Assembly: GCF_001194135.2 (NCBI RefSeq)
Contig: NC_068988.1
Span: 43,694,151 to 43,758,150, forward strand
Length of the DNA: 64,000 bases
Source of the DNA: Octopus bimaculoides
Taxonomy: Eukaryota
Reading direction: 5' to 3'
Made by a program: the position numbers and the translations under genes. Of this stretch, positions 14,090 through 26,730 are shown piece by piece (the stretch's first letter is position 1; the number at the start of each line of letters is the position of its first letter). The notes beneath the pieces are model-generated. The model searched no databases. It had not been told where the DNA came from and saw only the letters and a program-made list of their open reading frames with translations.

Positions 14090-15450
14090 ACAATGTATTT
14101 GCAGTGCCAGTACTCTTACCAACATTTGGGCTACTTGATTGGACGCTTGATGAGGTCCGAGCTTTTTATATGAAATCGCAGAAGATACTAACCAGCACAC
14201 ATAATTTCTACACCAGCAGTGACGTAGATTGTCTCTACCTAAAACGAAAACAAGGGGGCATAGATTCAACATCGATCCAGACTCCCTTTGAATGTCGTAT
14301 CATATCCGTTCGGCAACATCTTTTTACCACCAAGTGTCGAAGTGCATCCTTGACCAAGTTTGCATACATAAGACTTGGAAAGCAGCTCCTTGAGTAGCAT
14401 TCCTTGTCTGATAACCTTAAATACATGCCCAAAGAAGTCGCACTACTTTACTGCAATGTATCATCACATGAAAGGATGAGCGTATATTAGCAGAAAACTA
14501 TGCCTGGATATGTTAGTGGAAACATCCGGGATGGTAGTAACATTGATCTTCAAAGTAGTCTCTCTTGGACCAACAACCGGATTATTAACTCCCTCTTTGA
14601 AGGTATGCGTTTGCAATCCAGGAACAGGAAATACCAACCAAATATCTGATGCACAAAAGGGACAGAGACGCAGGAAAAGTGGCAAAATGTGATAACCAAT
14701 ACAGACTTTGTGGAGTTAACACCGAAAGTATTACCTACATCATAAGCAGTTGTCTGAATATATTCTCACGATATTGTCTACCGATGAGACATGATGATGT
14801 AGCTAGGACACTGTTTAATGAGATACATCGGAAGGATAACGCCCATGACCAAAGAAATAAGAACCCACAGTGTGGTAGAAACTATAGCTACTCATAATAA
14901 AAAGGAGTACTGGTGGAATGTCCCAGAGAAAACCTCAGTAAAATGTAAACGTAAAGACCTGATACTATAATCTAAGACAGAAAAGAGAAAATGTGTAAGG
15001 TTGTGGAAATCAGCTGCCAACCGGATTTCAAGCATAAAGCTGAAGATCAGTGAAAAAAGAATATCTACGCTGAAGTAGAGAAATTTGCAATCACTCTATC
15101 CAGATTACAAGTGTTACATATTCCAGTGCTCCATTAATTACAGGTATAAATTAGGTTTCCCCAAACCAGAAAGGATAAAACTGATTCGAAGCCTACAGAT
15201 CCAAGCTGGAAGTGTAAAAATCTGTAGAGCATGTCTAGACATGCAACCATATGCATGAGAATGTATACATAAAACAAAACATACACATCTGCACATATAC
15301 ACACATACATATATACATACATACATACATACATACATACAAAAATACCAAGCTGATGTTGAAATTCCAGTGAAGGAGCCTTGGATTTAGGTGAGAAATC
15401 GGCTCTTTCTCTGTTAGCAAGAATTCTTGAAATAAAATTGAAAAATTACA
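14090..15450 (+). mobile_element. R4/Dong-clade non-LTR retrotransposon, 5'-truncated and decayed (RT C-terminus, CCHC knuckle, REL endonuclease, 3' UTR)
   Basis: NVFAVPVLLPTFGLLDWTLDE...SDVDCLYLKRKQGG (R4 RT thumb); YRLCGVNTESITYIISSC...RHDDVA (degenerate CCHC); frameshifted EYWWNVP..(R)PD...CKVVEISC (PD-(D/E)xK-type REL region); several stops and frameshifts. Confidence 0.9.
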
Positions 15451-15521
15451 TACATACATATATACATACATACATACGTACATACATGCATGCATACATG
15501 CATGCATGCATAATACATACA

Positions 15522-16391
15522 TATTTCCCCTGTATCTAACGAGGAATGCTACAGGTACCGAGGGGTGGATGAAAATATATCTTACAATGACACCTGTAAC
15601 AAAACACGTGTCACTAAAGAATATTACGGCCGAATAAAGATAATTTGGACCTCAGAACTCTCTGCATTCAACAAAACAGTGGCTCACAATGTGTTTGTAG
15701 TGCCAATACTTATAGCAACATTTGGGCTGCTTGATTGGACGCTTGATGAGATCCGAACCATTGATGCGAAAACCCGAAAAATACTAACAAGCACACATAA
15801 TTTCCACATAAACAGTGACGTAGACCACCTCTACCTAAATCGAAAACAAGGCGGTAGAGGCTTAACATCGATCCAAAATGCCTTTGAATGTAACATCATA
15901 TCCCTTCGGCAACATCTTTTAACCACGAAGTGTCGAAGTGCATCCCTTGACCAAGTTTGTATACATGAAGGTGATAACATCATAAGATTTGGAAGGCAGC
16001 TCCGAGCAACACTCTTTGTCTGATAACCTAGAATACATGCCCAAAGAAGTCGCACGACTCTACCGCAACATATTATCAGATGAAAAGATGAGCCTACATG
16101 AGCAGAAGACTATGCATGGATATGTTAGTAGAAAGCTCCGTGATGATAGAAACATCGATCCTCAAAGTAGTTTATTATGGACCAATAGCCGGATTATTAC
16201 CTCCCACTTTGAAGGGTATGCGTTTGCAATCCAAGAACAGGAAATATCAACCAAGTACCTGATGCACAAAAAGGATGCAGAAAAAGCCGTAAAATGTGAC
16301 ATCCAATACAGACATTAAGGAGTTCACACTGAAGATATCACCCACATCATAAGCAGTTGTCCGAAAATGTCATCACAGTATTATCTACCTA
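15522..16391 (+). mobile_element. Second R4/Dong-clade copy of the same lineage, tandem to 14090-15450, 3' end lost
   Basis: ORF 15565-16023 DENISY..KEYYGRIKIIWTSELSAFNK..HNVFVVPILIATFGLLDW..SDVDHLYLNRKQGGRGL; continues FEGYAFAIQEQEISTKYL; colinear with copy 1 but clearly diverged. Confidence 0.92.
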
Positions 16392-16586
16392 TTCAGCGTG
16401 ACAGAATGTAACAAGGCTGGCTCTTAAAATTAATTACAAGTACAACTCATATTTTGCTGGATGTGTGGACTGAAGTAACATGATATAAAGTGTCTTGCTC
16501 AAGGACACAACACGCCGCCTGGGATCGAACTCACGACGTTACAACCATGAGCCTAATACCTTAACCACTTAGCCAGGCGCTTTCAC
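16391..16586 (-). mobile_element. tRNA-derived SINE, chimeric (V/CORE-like head and core, D-type body), 3'-truncated
   Basis: Minus strand: GCGCCTGGCTAAGTGG...GAGTTCGATCCC, GTGTCCTTGAGCAAGACACTT; 16391-16445 matches family D 16797-16848. Confidence 0.75.
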
Positions 16587-16642
16587 GGAAGAAAACACGC
16601 GCGTACGCACTCACACACGCACATACACACATACATATATAC

Positions 16643-17038
16643 GTTGTTGTTGTTGTTGTTGTTGTTGGCACTCCGTCGCTTACGACGTCGAGGGTTCCAG
16701 TTGATCCGATCAACGGAACAGCCTGCTCGTGAAATTAACGTGCAAGTGGCTGAACACTCCACAGACACGTGTACCCTTAACGTAGTTCTCAGGGATATTC
16801 AGCGTGACGCAGTGTGACAAGGCTGGCTCTTTGAATTACAGGCACAACAGGAAGTAAGAGTGAGAGAAAGTTGTGGCGAAAGAGTACAGCAGGGTTCGCC
16901 ACCATCCCCTGCCGGAGCCTCGTGGAGCTTTAAGTGTTTTCGCTCAATAAACACTCACAACGCCCGGTCTGGGAATCGAAACCGCGATCCTATGACCGCG
17001 AGTCCGCTGCCCTAACCACTGGGCCATTGCGCCTCCAC
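16643..17038 (-). mobile_element. tRNA-derived SINE family D, full length, (CAA)n tail
   Basis: Minus strand: GTGGAGGCGCAATGGCCCAGTGGTTAGGG...GGTTTCGATTCCC; ends GGAGTGCC(AAC)n. Confidence 0.9.
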
Positions 17039-18400
17039 ATATATATATATACATACACAAAAATACAGACATACATAAAACACACTGAGACATGCATACA
17101 CACAAAAAGACAGTAAAAAATTTTAATATTCGTTTGTATAATTGTAGTTCACTATCTTGATTTATTAAATAATAAATACAATCAGTTCTCTGTTGTTGTT
17201 ATCGTGAAATCAAGCTATTCGCCTAAATTAACTATTCGTTTCATCAAACGTACAGATATGTGTTTGAAGCAATATGAAAGCGAGACTCTTTAATAACAGA
17301 AATGAACTAACTTCAATGTCACTTACACCATGGACAAAAACGACATGTTAAATCATAAAACATGGGATGATTTTCGACATAATAATGTAGTAATACTTGG
17401 TTTGGAGTGCTGTAAATAGATTAAAATAAAATAAAGATGAACCGTGTGAAAGAAAATAGATTAATAGAAGATGGAAATAAACTGTCTTACACACAGAATT
17501 GAAATTGAAAAAAATAATAAAATAAAATACATAGAAATGCAAAACAATGAAAGAGAATGGAAAATGGATGCTGGTAATTGAATTCTAATTGAAAAATAAG
17601 CAAATAACAACTAAATGAAGCAGACGAGAGAGAAATTACTCTGCTAAACTTGACACTTGTCAAAACAAATTTTGTTGAAAGATCTCCAAAACCAGCCAGT
17701 TTCTCATTTACAGAGACATTGGTACATCTCTCTCTCTCTCTCTTCCTCTCTCTCCCACTCTCACTCACTCACTCACTCACTCACTAATTCACTCACTCAC
17801 TCACTCACTCAATCATTCATTCACTCACTCATTCTCCTCTCTCTCTCTTTCTCTGAATTTACGCACGCACACATATATGTATGTTTTATGCAATTGGCTC
17901 ATTAACTGAATGGCTATAGGTGCTTGTTATATGCGTACATACATACACACACGCAAACACGTATTCACATATATACGGACATGTGTGTGCATGTGCACAC
18001 ACTCACACACATATATATCCTCGCGCGCGCGCACATACACACAGACAGAAAGAAAGAAAAGGGAGGACGAATAAAAATGCATGTGTGTGTGTGTGTGTGT
18101 ATCTGTGTGTATGAATGAAGGAAGGTGGGAGAGAAGGGAGAGTGAGAGGGGAGAGGGGGAAGGAGATCCCCGTTTCTGTATGTAAGTCTAATACTATGAC
18201 CTTCTACCAAAATATCAATCGACTGCAACATTATTAAATGGATGTAACGAACAGTGTTTCTCTCAGCTCCAAAGATGCGATTAAAGACATATCCTTGGAG
18301 AAACAGCACCAGTCAAATGGTTACTAATAAACTAAAGCAATCTGCACACAAAGAGTTCATTAACCGGTTACTTTTGTCAATATTTAGTAAGAAAACGACG

Positions 18401-18615
18401 GAAAGCTGGCAGAATCGTTAGCATGCCCAACAAAATGCTTAGCGGCACTTCATCCGTCTTTACGTTCTGCGTTCGAAGGCTAACGAGGTTGACTTTGCCT
18501 TTCATCCTTTCTGAGTTGATAAAATAAGTACCAGTTGAGCACTGGAGTCGATGTAATCTTGACTACATCATCTCCCGAACTTACTTGCCTTGTGTCAAAA
18601 ATTGAAAGTAATATT
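18401..18615 (+). mobile_element. tRNA-derived SINE family B
   Basis: AGCTGGCAGAATCGTTAG head; conserved central GACTTTGCCTTTCATCCTTTC.G.GT.GATAAAATAAGTACCAG (Meta-domain-like, from memory); more than 20 copies or fragments in the window. Confidence 0.85.
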
Positions 18616-18704
18616 TAATAAGAAAATGTGCGATGGTTTTTATCGACTGATGAGCTGTGGGAAAAACTCAGGAAAGAGAACACCAACTTATTGTGATATC
18701 ATCT

Positions 18705-19050
18705 TCATCATTATCATGTTCGTTGCTCAAACGAGGAGCATCTAGTCATCCTTAATAATGGCTGATGACTTGTGCGGTGACTTTGTTCAGAGTGAAGTAG
18801 ATTTGCGTGCCATCAGCCTCAATCTCTCGTCCGCAACAATCTTCAATCCAGTGGTAAAATCAGGTCACGATGACAGGGGATGGATTTGGATGCAGTAGAT
18901 GACCAGGATGTTTTACTTGCATCACCTTGCTCTCTGCATTCCACAGAGCGTTGCTGCAGCTGTCTTTTTGTCTGTTGAACTGTGAAGGTTTCTTCCACAT
19001 TGTCCGCTGGATTCAGTCCTCACATACATTACTCCGTGTCAGAGTAGACG
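18705..19050 (-). mobile_element. Non-autonomous, probably RTE-derived, element family H
   Basis: Reverse complement aligns with 35150-35410 (GGAAGAAACCTTC...TGTGGAATGCAGAGAGCAA...TGCATCC...TCGTGACCTGAT...GACTAGATG). RTE assignment is from memory only. Confidence 0.6.
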
Positions 19051-19295
19051 TGGAAACAAAGTAGCTAAGAGGTGGTCCCATGCAGCTGAAAACTGTGATA
19101 TTACAGACTGGATGATTGACCCTGTGACTTGCTAGTCAACTCAGTGATCCAGAAGATCTCGATGTCGCATCTATTGTATTTCGTTAGGAGGTTCGTTTTA
19201 AACCTAGATGGTCAAGTGTCTACTAACAGCACTTCGAGCAGAACTAAATCTTGTGTGTAAAATTTAGCAAAAGGAGACAATAGAACCCGATTCAT

Positions 19296-19442
19296 CGTAG
19301 TGGTTAAGAAGCTCGCTGTGCAATTGCATTGTTTCGGGTTCAGTTCCACCGCGCGACGTCTTGGCAACTGCCTTCTGACATAGCCCCAGGCTTACCAATA
19401 CTTTCTGAACTTATTTGGTCGAGGGAAAATATATGGACGCCC
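19296..19442 (+). mobile_element. SINE family A, diverged 5' half
   Basis: GTGGTTAAGAAGCTCGC...GGGTTCAGTTCCACC...CTTGGCAACTG. Confidence 0.7.
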
Positions 19443-19784
19443 TAAGTACTCTACTGGTACCAGCCGAGTACCGCTTAAGCGCTCTCTCTCACTCTGTATG
19501 TATGTATGTATGTATGTATGTATGTATGTAGATGGATTGATAGATATTTACTTATATAATTGTAAGTGCCACACTCTAGATATTCTGTTGGGTCAAGTGT
19601 TGGACAGCTGAAAGAGTGTTTATGCCTGCTTACAACTACTTAGGTACATAAAACAATTATGAAATGCATGGTAGGTGCCACTAAATCATACTCGCTTGCA
19701 AGTGACGGCTGTAGTTTAGTGTATTATCTATGCCACAGCGAAAATATTTATAATTATAATTAAACGTTGAAATGTTTTATGAGT

Positions 19785-19836
<52 letters not shown>

Positions 19837-20245
19837 GTGACATACACACACATACATACACACACATACATATACACACATACATACACACACATACATA
19901 CACACACATACATACACACACACACATATAAAATTATTTCAACGCTTTTAAATCATGCTGCGCTGTGCAATATGCTGTTTAATAAGAAACCAACAAAAGA
20001 ACAAATATGCACATACAGATAACAGTGATAGTCTAATTTATGATTGCTTTGTATAATAGATAAACATTGTATACTGAAGAAAGACACCACGGACAACTCT
20101 GTTAAAGAGTGGTGAACAAGCTGTGAAACAGTCCGTCAGAAGGCTTTCCCTTTTCCTTGAATGTAGTATCGTATTCCTTTTCGCTTATTAACTATGATGA
20201 CAGCATATATACATACATACACAAATGTGTGTGCGCGCGCGCGCG

Positions 20246-20288
<43 letters not shown>

Positions 20289-20859
20289 AAACTATGTGTA
20301 CTAATTACACTATTTAGCGTTTGCATATGTTCTTATTAGCTTTAAGTATCATGTTATTGCATTAAATATTTATCCATATGATTATTTTAACAGCTTATTC
20401 CATAAGATAATCATCAATTCTATTTCTAATGTTGATATCAGTGACTACAACAAACTAGCAAAGTTTTTGCGCAGCAAACTGTACATAATCTTGGTCATAA
20501 CTATTTCAGTACCACACCGTTTTCTACTGTACAAAAACACACTTAGGTTTCTCTGTAAGGCCGTTTTGGGAATATCTTATAATTATTCACTATACCCCTA
20601 ATAGATTGGATTTGGAAAATTTGTGCTTGCATCTTTTACACTTTCTTCGAAAAAGCTATGATGTATGTACGAATGTATGTATGTATGCATGCATAACACT
20701 CATATATACATATGTATGTAGGTGTGTAATATTGATCTACAATGTGCGGGAAATTACCAAACGAAGTAGCGCTTGATGATCAATCTAGGTAAACGTCCAT
20801 GCTTGCAAATACGCACATGTGTGTGTGTGTAGGGGTGGGGGGTGCGTGTGTGTGTGTGT

Positions 20860-20925
<66 letters not shown>

Positions 20926-21611
20926 CTGTGTGTGTGCAGGATGTGTCGTGTGAAGTTCGCAATTATTTGCAAGAGTCTTTCTGTTATTCCTCTTATATAT
21001 CATTGTATCAATTATGGCTCGAAATCTGATTCTTTACCCTTTTATTGAACTCTCTTCCTCAAATCATTATCTTCATAGTAACCATACAAATAATTAATAT
21101 ATACGCTTACAAACATACAAACATATGTACACACACACACGGACGCTTGCGCGTGCGTACTCCAGTTCGCATATAAATGAATATATAAATGCACACGCAT
21201 GTATATAAGTATGTATAGGATGGGATAGTTAATTGGACAAAAATATATGTAACTGCGTTTTCAGTTAAACTCCACAGTGTGTTCACTGAAACCCACGCCC
21301 TTCTCTTTTGATAAAAACACTAAACCCACTCTAAACTTAGTTGTCAAAGGTGTTAATTAGTCCTAGTTAATCCTTAAGATCAAATGAATTTTAGTTATAA
21401 TTATGCTGATATTTTTCTGCTTTTTTATTGACATATAATTCAGATTGATATCAAATATATACTTCCTTTCGTAAAAGTCATCTCATGTGAGTATTTATAT
21501 CTGTTTTGTGTGGCTATGCATTGTTTTTGAGTGGCTTCGGGTCAGCCTAAATAAATATATTATTGGTTTCAAATTTAGGCTCAAGGTTGGCAATTTCGAA
21601 GAAGGAGATAA

Positions 21612-22053
21612 CTCGAACAGCCACACGAGTTAAATTTTGGCTCTCATTTCTTGCAATTGTAGGTGCTATTTTGCGTAGTCATTTATTAATTTTACCTTTC
21701 TGGTAATATATTTAATAATATATTTAATATATCTTAATATCTTAATATATTAATATAATATCTTATCGTATGTTACTATAAACTTTAACCATTTTGAATT
21801 TTAGAACTCGCTTTTCAACGGTTTTTTTTTCTCGTGGACGAATGGGAGGTAGGCTATCTCTTTTAACCCGGAGTAATCGTGGAAAATTCTGACGAGAAAT
21901 AAGATCATACTGATCAAATTTCGAGATCATGCGATAAGATTTTATCAAACTATTTTAGTCTGTGAGTGTATCTCACCAAAGAAGGATGTTCTGGCTTACT
22001 GCTCGCAGTCCCGAATATTTCATGAGGTTAGTGCTTTTGCGTGGCTGTTCGAG
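21612..22053. mobile_element. piggyBac-like MITE
   Basis: Terminal inverted repeats CTCGAACAGCCAC / GTGGCTGTTCGAG; flanks ATAA (left) and TTAA (right). Confidence 0.6.
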
Positions 22054-22329
22054 TTAAATTTCAACTTCGTTTAAATGAAGTTGAGCCAATTTTAATAAAC
22101 TGACAGAATTTTATGTTTATTACCAGAACAAATGGAGTTATAAATCTTCCGTCAAACTTTTATTGAAAATTTTCAGTATCTCTGCATTCTTCAAATCTCT
22201 CCTTACCATTGTGAAACGCGTATTAAAACATTTCAGGAGTTAGCTCTTGCACTGCTAACAGAATGTGTTCTTTAAGCTCAGCTAAATGATTGTTCCATCT
22301 TGGGGATGGGGGTAAAAAAAAAATGAGTG

Positions 22330-22513
22330 CTACCAAATTTAAAAAAAAAACTGTCATGAACAAATAAGAGGGGTCCAAACGAAATGAAAATAAACAAAAT
22401 TCTAAATTTATACAATTTTAACACATATTAAACGGGATAAACATGAATAAAAGAGAGTTTTTAAAAAATGCATGCGATTTCACTCAAATCATCATTAACT
22501 CTGAGACACCCTG
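22330..22513. mobile_element. Tc1/mariner-type MITE right end
   Basis: Ends GAGACACCCTG|TA, a typical CAGGGTGTC TIR with TA; no clear left TIR. Confidence 0.35.
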
Positions 22514-23370
22514 TATCTATTTGTCCGACTAAATGTGGGAAGGAACACAGGGCGGGGACTAATTGCAGGTGGCGAGCGTAGCTTTCGGAAGTGGTCACGC
22601 GGCTAAACTCAAATGACTGTGAGTCATAACGGAATTTGTTTTGTTTTTTTCACATGAACATATTACATTATATAATTCAGACATGGATGACATAGAAAGC
22701 AGATATGCTGCAGGGTCATGCTGCGTTGCGCAGGATTGGAAATGTGAAACATCAACAGAGCACTTCTGGAGAATGGATGGATGGGTTTGCTATGTCTTTA
22801 CCCAGCTGCACACGCGCACATGGCCCGGTGGTGCGCGTGATGGTAACATGAAGCATCAGCAGGGCGCCGACAAACATTTTAATCTTCTCATTTCCTCTGC
22901 CAAATTGGACAAAAAGATTTTCATGAAATATTATACGCTACTTATAATGCATAAGTAGTGTCAATATTTTATCGTCAGAAAAATAGCCTAAAACAAAGAT
23001 AAAACCCAGTGCAGTATATTCAAATCTGATTAATCTGAATTTTGGGGGCGTCGGAAATTTTTTTTAGTCAACAGCAATTCGTGGAGTCTGATTAATGTTT
23101 GTTGAAAATTTGGAGGAAAGCGACTGGATACTCTTCAAGTTATGGTCTTTAACGGTGCAAAAATGCTTTTAAAATGCAGTTTATCTGCCTCTGGGCCCGC
23201 ATTAAGCAAAAAAGTTGAAAATATTTTTGGCCCATGACACTCCATTGACTCAATGTAATGGATGTGTAAAATTTTATTAAAATCGGTTGGTGGATCTCGA
23301 GTTATAATGACATGACAAACACACACACCCAAACACACTCACACACACACACTCACACACACACACACGC

Positions 23371-23402
<32 letters not shown>

Positions 23403-24171
23403 NNNNNNNNNNNNNNNNNNNNNNNNNNNNNNNNNNNNNNNNNNNNNNNNNNNNNNNNNNNNNNNNNNNNNNNNNNNNNNNNNNNNNNNNNNNNNNNNNN
23501 NNNNNNNNNNNNNNNNNNNNNNNNNNNNNNNNNNNNNNNNNNNNNNNNNNNNNNNNNNNNNNNNNNNNNNNNNNNNNNNNNNNNNNNNNNNNNNNNNNNN
23601 NNNNNNNNNNNNNNNNNNNNNNNNNNNNNNNNNNNNNNNNNNNNNNNNNNNNNNNNNNNNNNNNNNNNNNNNNNNNNNNNNNNNNNNNNNNNNNNNNNNN
23701 NNNNNNNNNNNNNNNNNNNNNNNNNNNNNNNNNNNNNNNNNNNNNNNNNNNNNNNNNNNNNNNNNNNNNNNNNNNNNNNNNNNNNNNNNNNNNNNNNNNN
23801 NNNNNNNNNNNNNNNNNNNNNNNNNNNNNNNNNNNNNNNNNNNNNNNNNNNNNNNNNNNNNNNNNNNNNNNNNNNNNNNNNNNNNNNNNNNNNNNNNNNN
23901 NNNNNNNNNNNNNNNNNNNNNNNNNNNNNNNNNNNNNNNNNNNNNNNNNNNNNNNNNNNNNNNNNNNNNNNNNNNNNNNNNNNNNNNNNNNNNNNNNNNN
24001 NNNNNNNNNNNNNNNNNNNNNNNNNNNNNNNNNNNNNNNNNNNNNNNNNNNNNNNNNNNNNNNNNNNNATATATGGGTACTATACATATAGATGTTACGT
24101 TGTTATTCCATCTTTTTATTTATATATACATATAGCGGCGTACGTACACTTTTTGCTCACCTTGTAAGTAT

Positions 24172-24478
24172 GTCGTGGCACTCCGTCGTTTACGACGATG
24201 AAGGTTCCAGTTGATCCGATCAACGTAACAGCCTACTCGTGAAATTAACGTGCAAGTGGATGAGCACTCCACAGACACGTATACACTTAACGTAGTTCTC
24301 GGGGAGATTCAGCGTGACACGGAGTGCGACAAGGCTGACCCTTTGAAATACAGGTACAACCCTGCCGGAATCCCGTGGAGCTTTAGGTATTTTCGCTCAA
24401 TAAACGCACACAACGCCCGGTCTGCGAAACGAAATCGCGATCCTATGACAGCGAGTCCATTGGGTCATTGGACCTCAC
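24172..24478 (-). mobile_element. SINE family D with internal deletion
   Basis: Colinear with 16665-17038 but lacks about 70 bp of the middle. Confidence 0.85.
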
Positions 24479-24553
24479 AAGTAAGTATATATCAAAGTTC
24501 TGTACGACTTTTTTACTCCTTCTTTTAGTCCCCCTTTCTTTCCTCTTCTTTTT

Positions 24554-24762
24554 CTCGCTTTCTTTCTCTCGCATTTCTTGAAATTCTCTTTAATCTCTCT
24601 TCTTTCCTTCGTCATTTACCTTGTACCCTTCCCTCAGATCCTTCCCCTCTTTCTCTAGTTCCTTCCCTAATTCTTCAATTCCTCTGCCCCTACCCCTCTC
24701 TTTTCCTTCTACCTGACCGGTGTTCGGCCAAGCATGATCTCTCATTGTATCGTATATGCATG

Positions 24763-24853
<91 letters not shown>

Positions 24854-25530
24854 ATGATTATCTATATTGCAAAATATCAACCACATTCCGCGCTGTCGTA
24901 TATATATCCCAAAAATGGAGCTTGAACACAACAGACAATAAAACACCCTGACAGATAGACGATACGAAGACAGACAAGAAAAACAATAAAAAGACGGACA
25001 GGACAAAACAAGGACGGGCCATTCATGACCTTCTCTCATCAGTCAAGTTTCGAGATTTTCCTTTCAGTTTAAAATTTGGCTGGTCCAAAAAATCTAAGCT
25101 AAGAGCATTTAGTATTTTGGGAAATAGCAAGCGAATTTGTACGACAACAAAGACAACTTCACCCCATCCAAAACACCAAGGAAACGGAGAAAATGTTACT
25201 CAATTACAAAAACAAATAACAAGAAAATGACAGGTGTCTTTCGACTAATAGAGACGAATCGAGTTGAGCTGGCGAGTGTGGAGTGAAAGCCTTCAGGCAG
25301 GAACGTAGATAAACATAAAAGATGAACGTCAGGTAGTCGGGTCAAGAAAGAAAGATCATGCTTGGCCGAACACCAGTCATGTGGAAAGAAAGGTGAGAAG
25401 TAGGAGCAGAGGGATTTATGAATTAAGGGAGAAAGAAAGGGACAGAGAGAAGGTACAAGGGAGATAAACGATGAAAAATAAGTAGGTTAAAGAAAGAGAA
25501 GGTTAAGAAATGTGAGAGAGAGGGAGCGAG
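24554..25530. repeat. Long imperfect inverted repeat (arms 24554-24740 and 25353-25530), possibly Penelope-like
   Basis: Innermost 27 bp TGACCGGTGTTCGGCCAAGCATGATCT vs AGATCATGCTTGGCCGAACACCAGTCA (1 mismatch); the purine/pyrimidine-rich remainder is colinear. Confidence 0.7.
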
Positions 25531-25887
25531 AACCAAGCTCTAAATTTAAAATGAAGCTCGTTTCAATTGTTAACATTGTTTAATAATTTAAAAGATTGGG
25601 ATTAATTTCTCTCGCTTTTTACTCGTGGAATTTCATTTTGCGCACGCAAATACAAACAGAAACACGTGCACGGACAATCACATGTGTGTGTGGGCGTGTT
25701 GTGTTTATAAAGTAGCTGATAAATTTTGTAATAATTGAATCCTTGAGAAAGTGTACTTATATTGAAACAACTTTACGTCTTTAAGGTAATGCGTAATACA
25801 AAATTATATTTCGTAAATTTTAAAGTATTGAGTTGAATTTTTTAATTTTATCCATATACATGTACATATATACATACGTACATACAT

Positions 25888-25918
<31 letters not shown>

Positions 25919-26304
25919 NNNNNNNNNNNNNNNNNNNNNNNNNNNNNNNNNNNNNNNNNNNNNNNNNNNNNNNNNNNNNNNNNNNNNNNNNNNNNNNNNN
26001 NNNNNNNNNNNNNNNNNNNNNNNNNNNNNNNNNNNNNNNNNNNNNNNNNNNNNNNNNNNNNNNNNNNNNNNNNNNNNNNNNNNNNNNNNNNNNNNNNNNN
26101 NNNNNNNNNNNNNNNNNNNNNNNNNNNNNNNNNNNNNNNNNNNNNNNNNNNNNNNNNNNNNNNNNNNNNNNNNNNNNNNNNNNNNNNNNNNNNNNNNNNN
26201 NNNNNNNNNNNNNNNNNNNNNNNATATATACATACATACATACATGCATACATATATACGTGCATACATATATACGTGCATGCATACATATACATACACA
26301 CATA

Positions 26305-26730
26305 CAGCGCTGGATTAACCATTAAGCAAAATAAGCACGTGCTTAGGGCATCAAGGGAAGGAGAGGACACTACAGAAATGGTAAATGGTTTACGGCACAA
26401 AAGAAATCACTTAAAGTTTGCTAAAATTATATACGGGATGTTTTTATCTCTACTAAGTATAAATGCAAATGTGTTACTTAAGATTAATTTTGAGGATCTG
26501 ATCAAAGACTTTGCAATTCAAGAAAGTAGGAGGAAACTTTTCAAATATAAATAAAGTGGAAGTATACAAAAATAAACATTGTTTTCCCTCTTACTGTTTT
26601 GTTTCCTTTTGAAAAATAAAAATTTATTAAATGGTTTATTATTGTTTATATTTTGAATTACATAATCTTTTATGGGGGCACCAAAATCTTTAAAGTGCTT
26701 AGGGCCTTAATGGGTCTTAATCCGGCACTG
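26305..26730 (+). mobile_element. hAT (Tip100-like) deletion derivative retaining the transposase C-terminus
   Basis: TIRs CAGCGCTGGATTAA / TTAATCCGGCACTG; 8-bp TSD CACACATA / CACACACA; encodes LSLLSINANVLLKINFEDLIKDFAIQESRRK (hAT dimerisation-domain-like end). Confidence 0.85.

Noticed and set aside
16980-17038. tRNA-like sequences (all SINE heads)
   Set aside because: No complete cloverleaf, and each continues into a SINE body.
18645-18690. CTGATGAG...GAAA hammerhead-like words (also 8740-8780 minus, 13004-13050, 53234-53270)
   Set aside because: No compatible stem III/NUH and stem I pairing.
22545-22640. GC box plus ATGACT-GTG-AGTCAT palindrome as a possible promoter
   Set aside because: Short motifs occur by chance; no associated gene identified.
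25030-25300. Hammerhead-like remnants inside the inverted repeat
   Set aside because: Core residues are mutated or stems missing; not a functional ribozyme.
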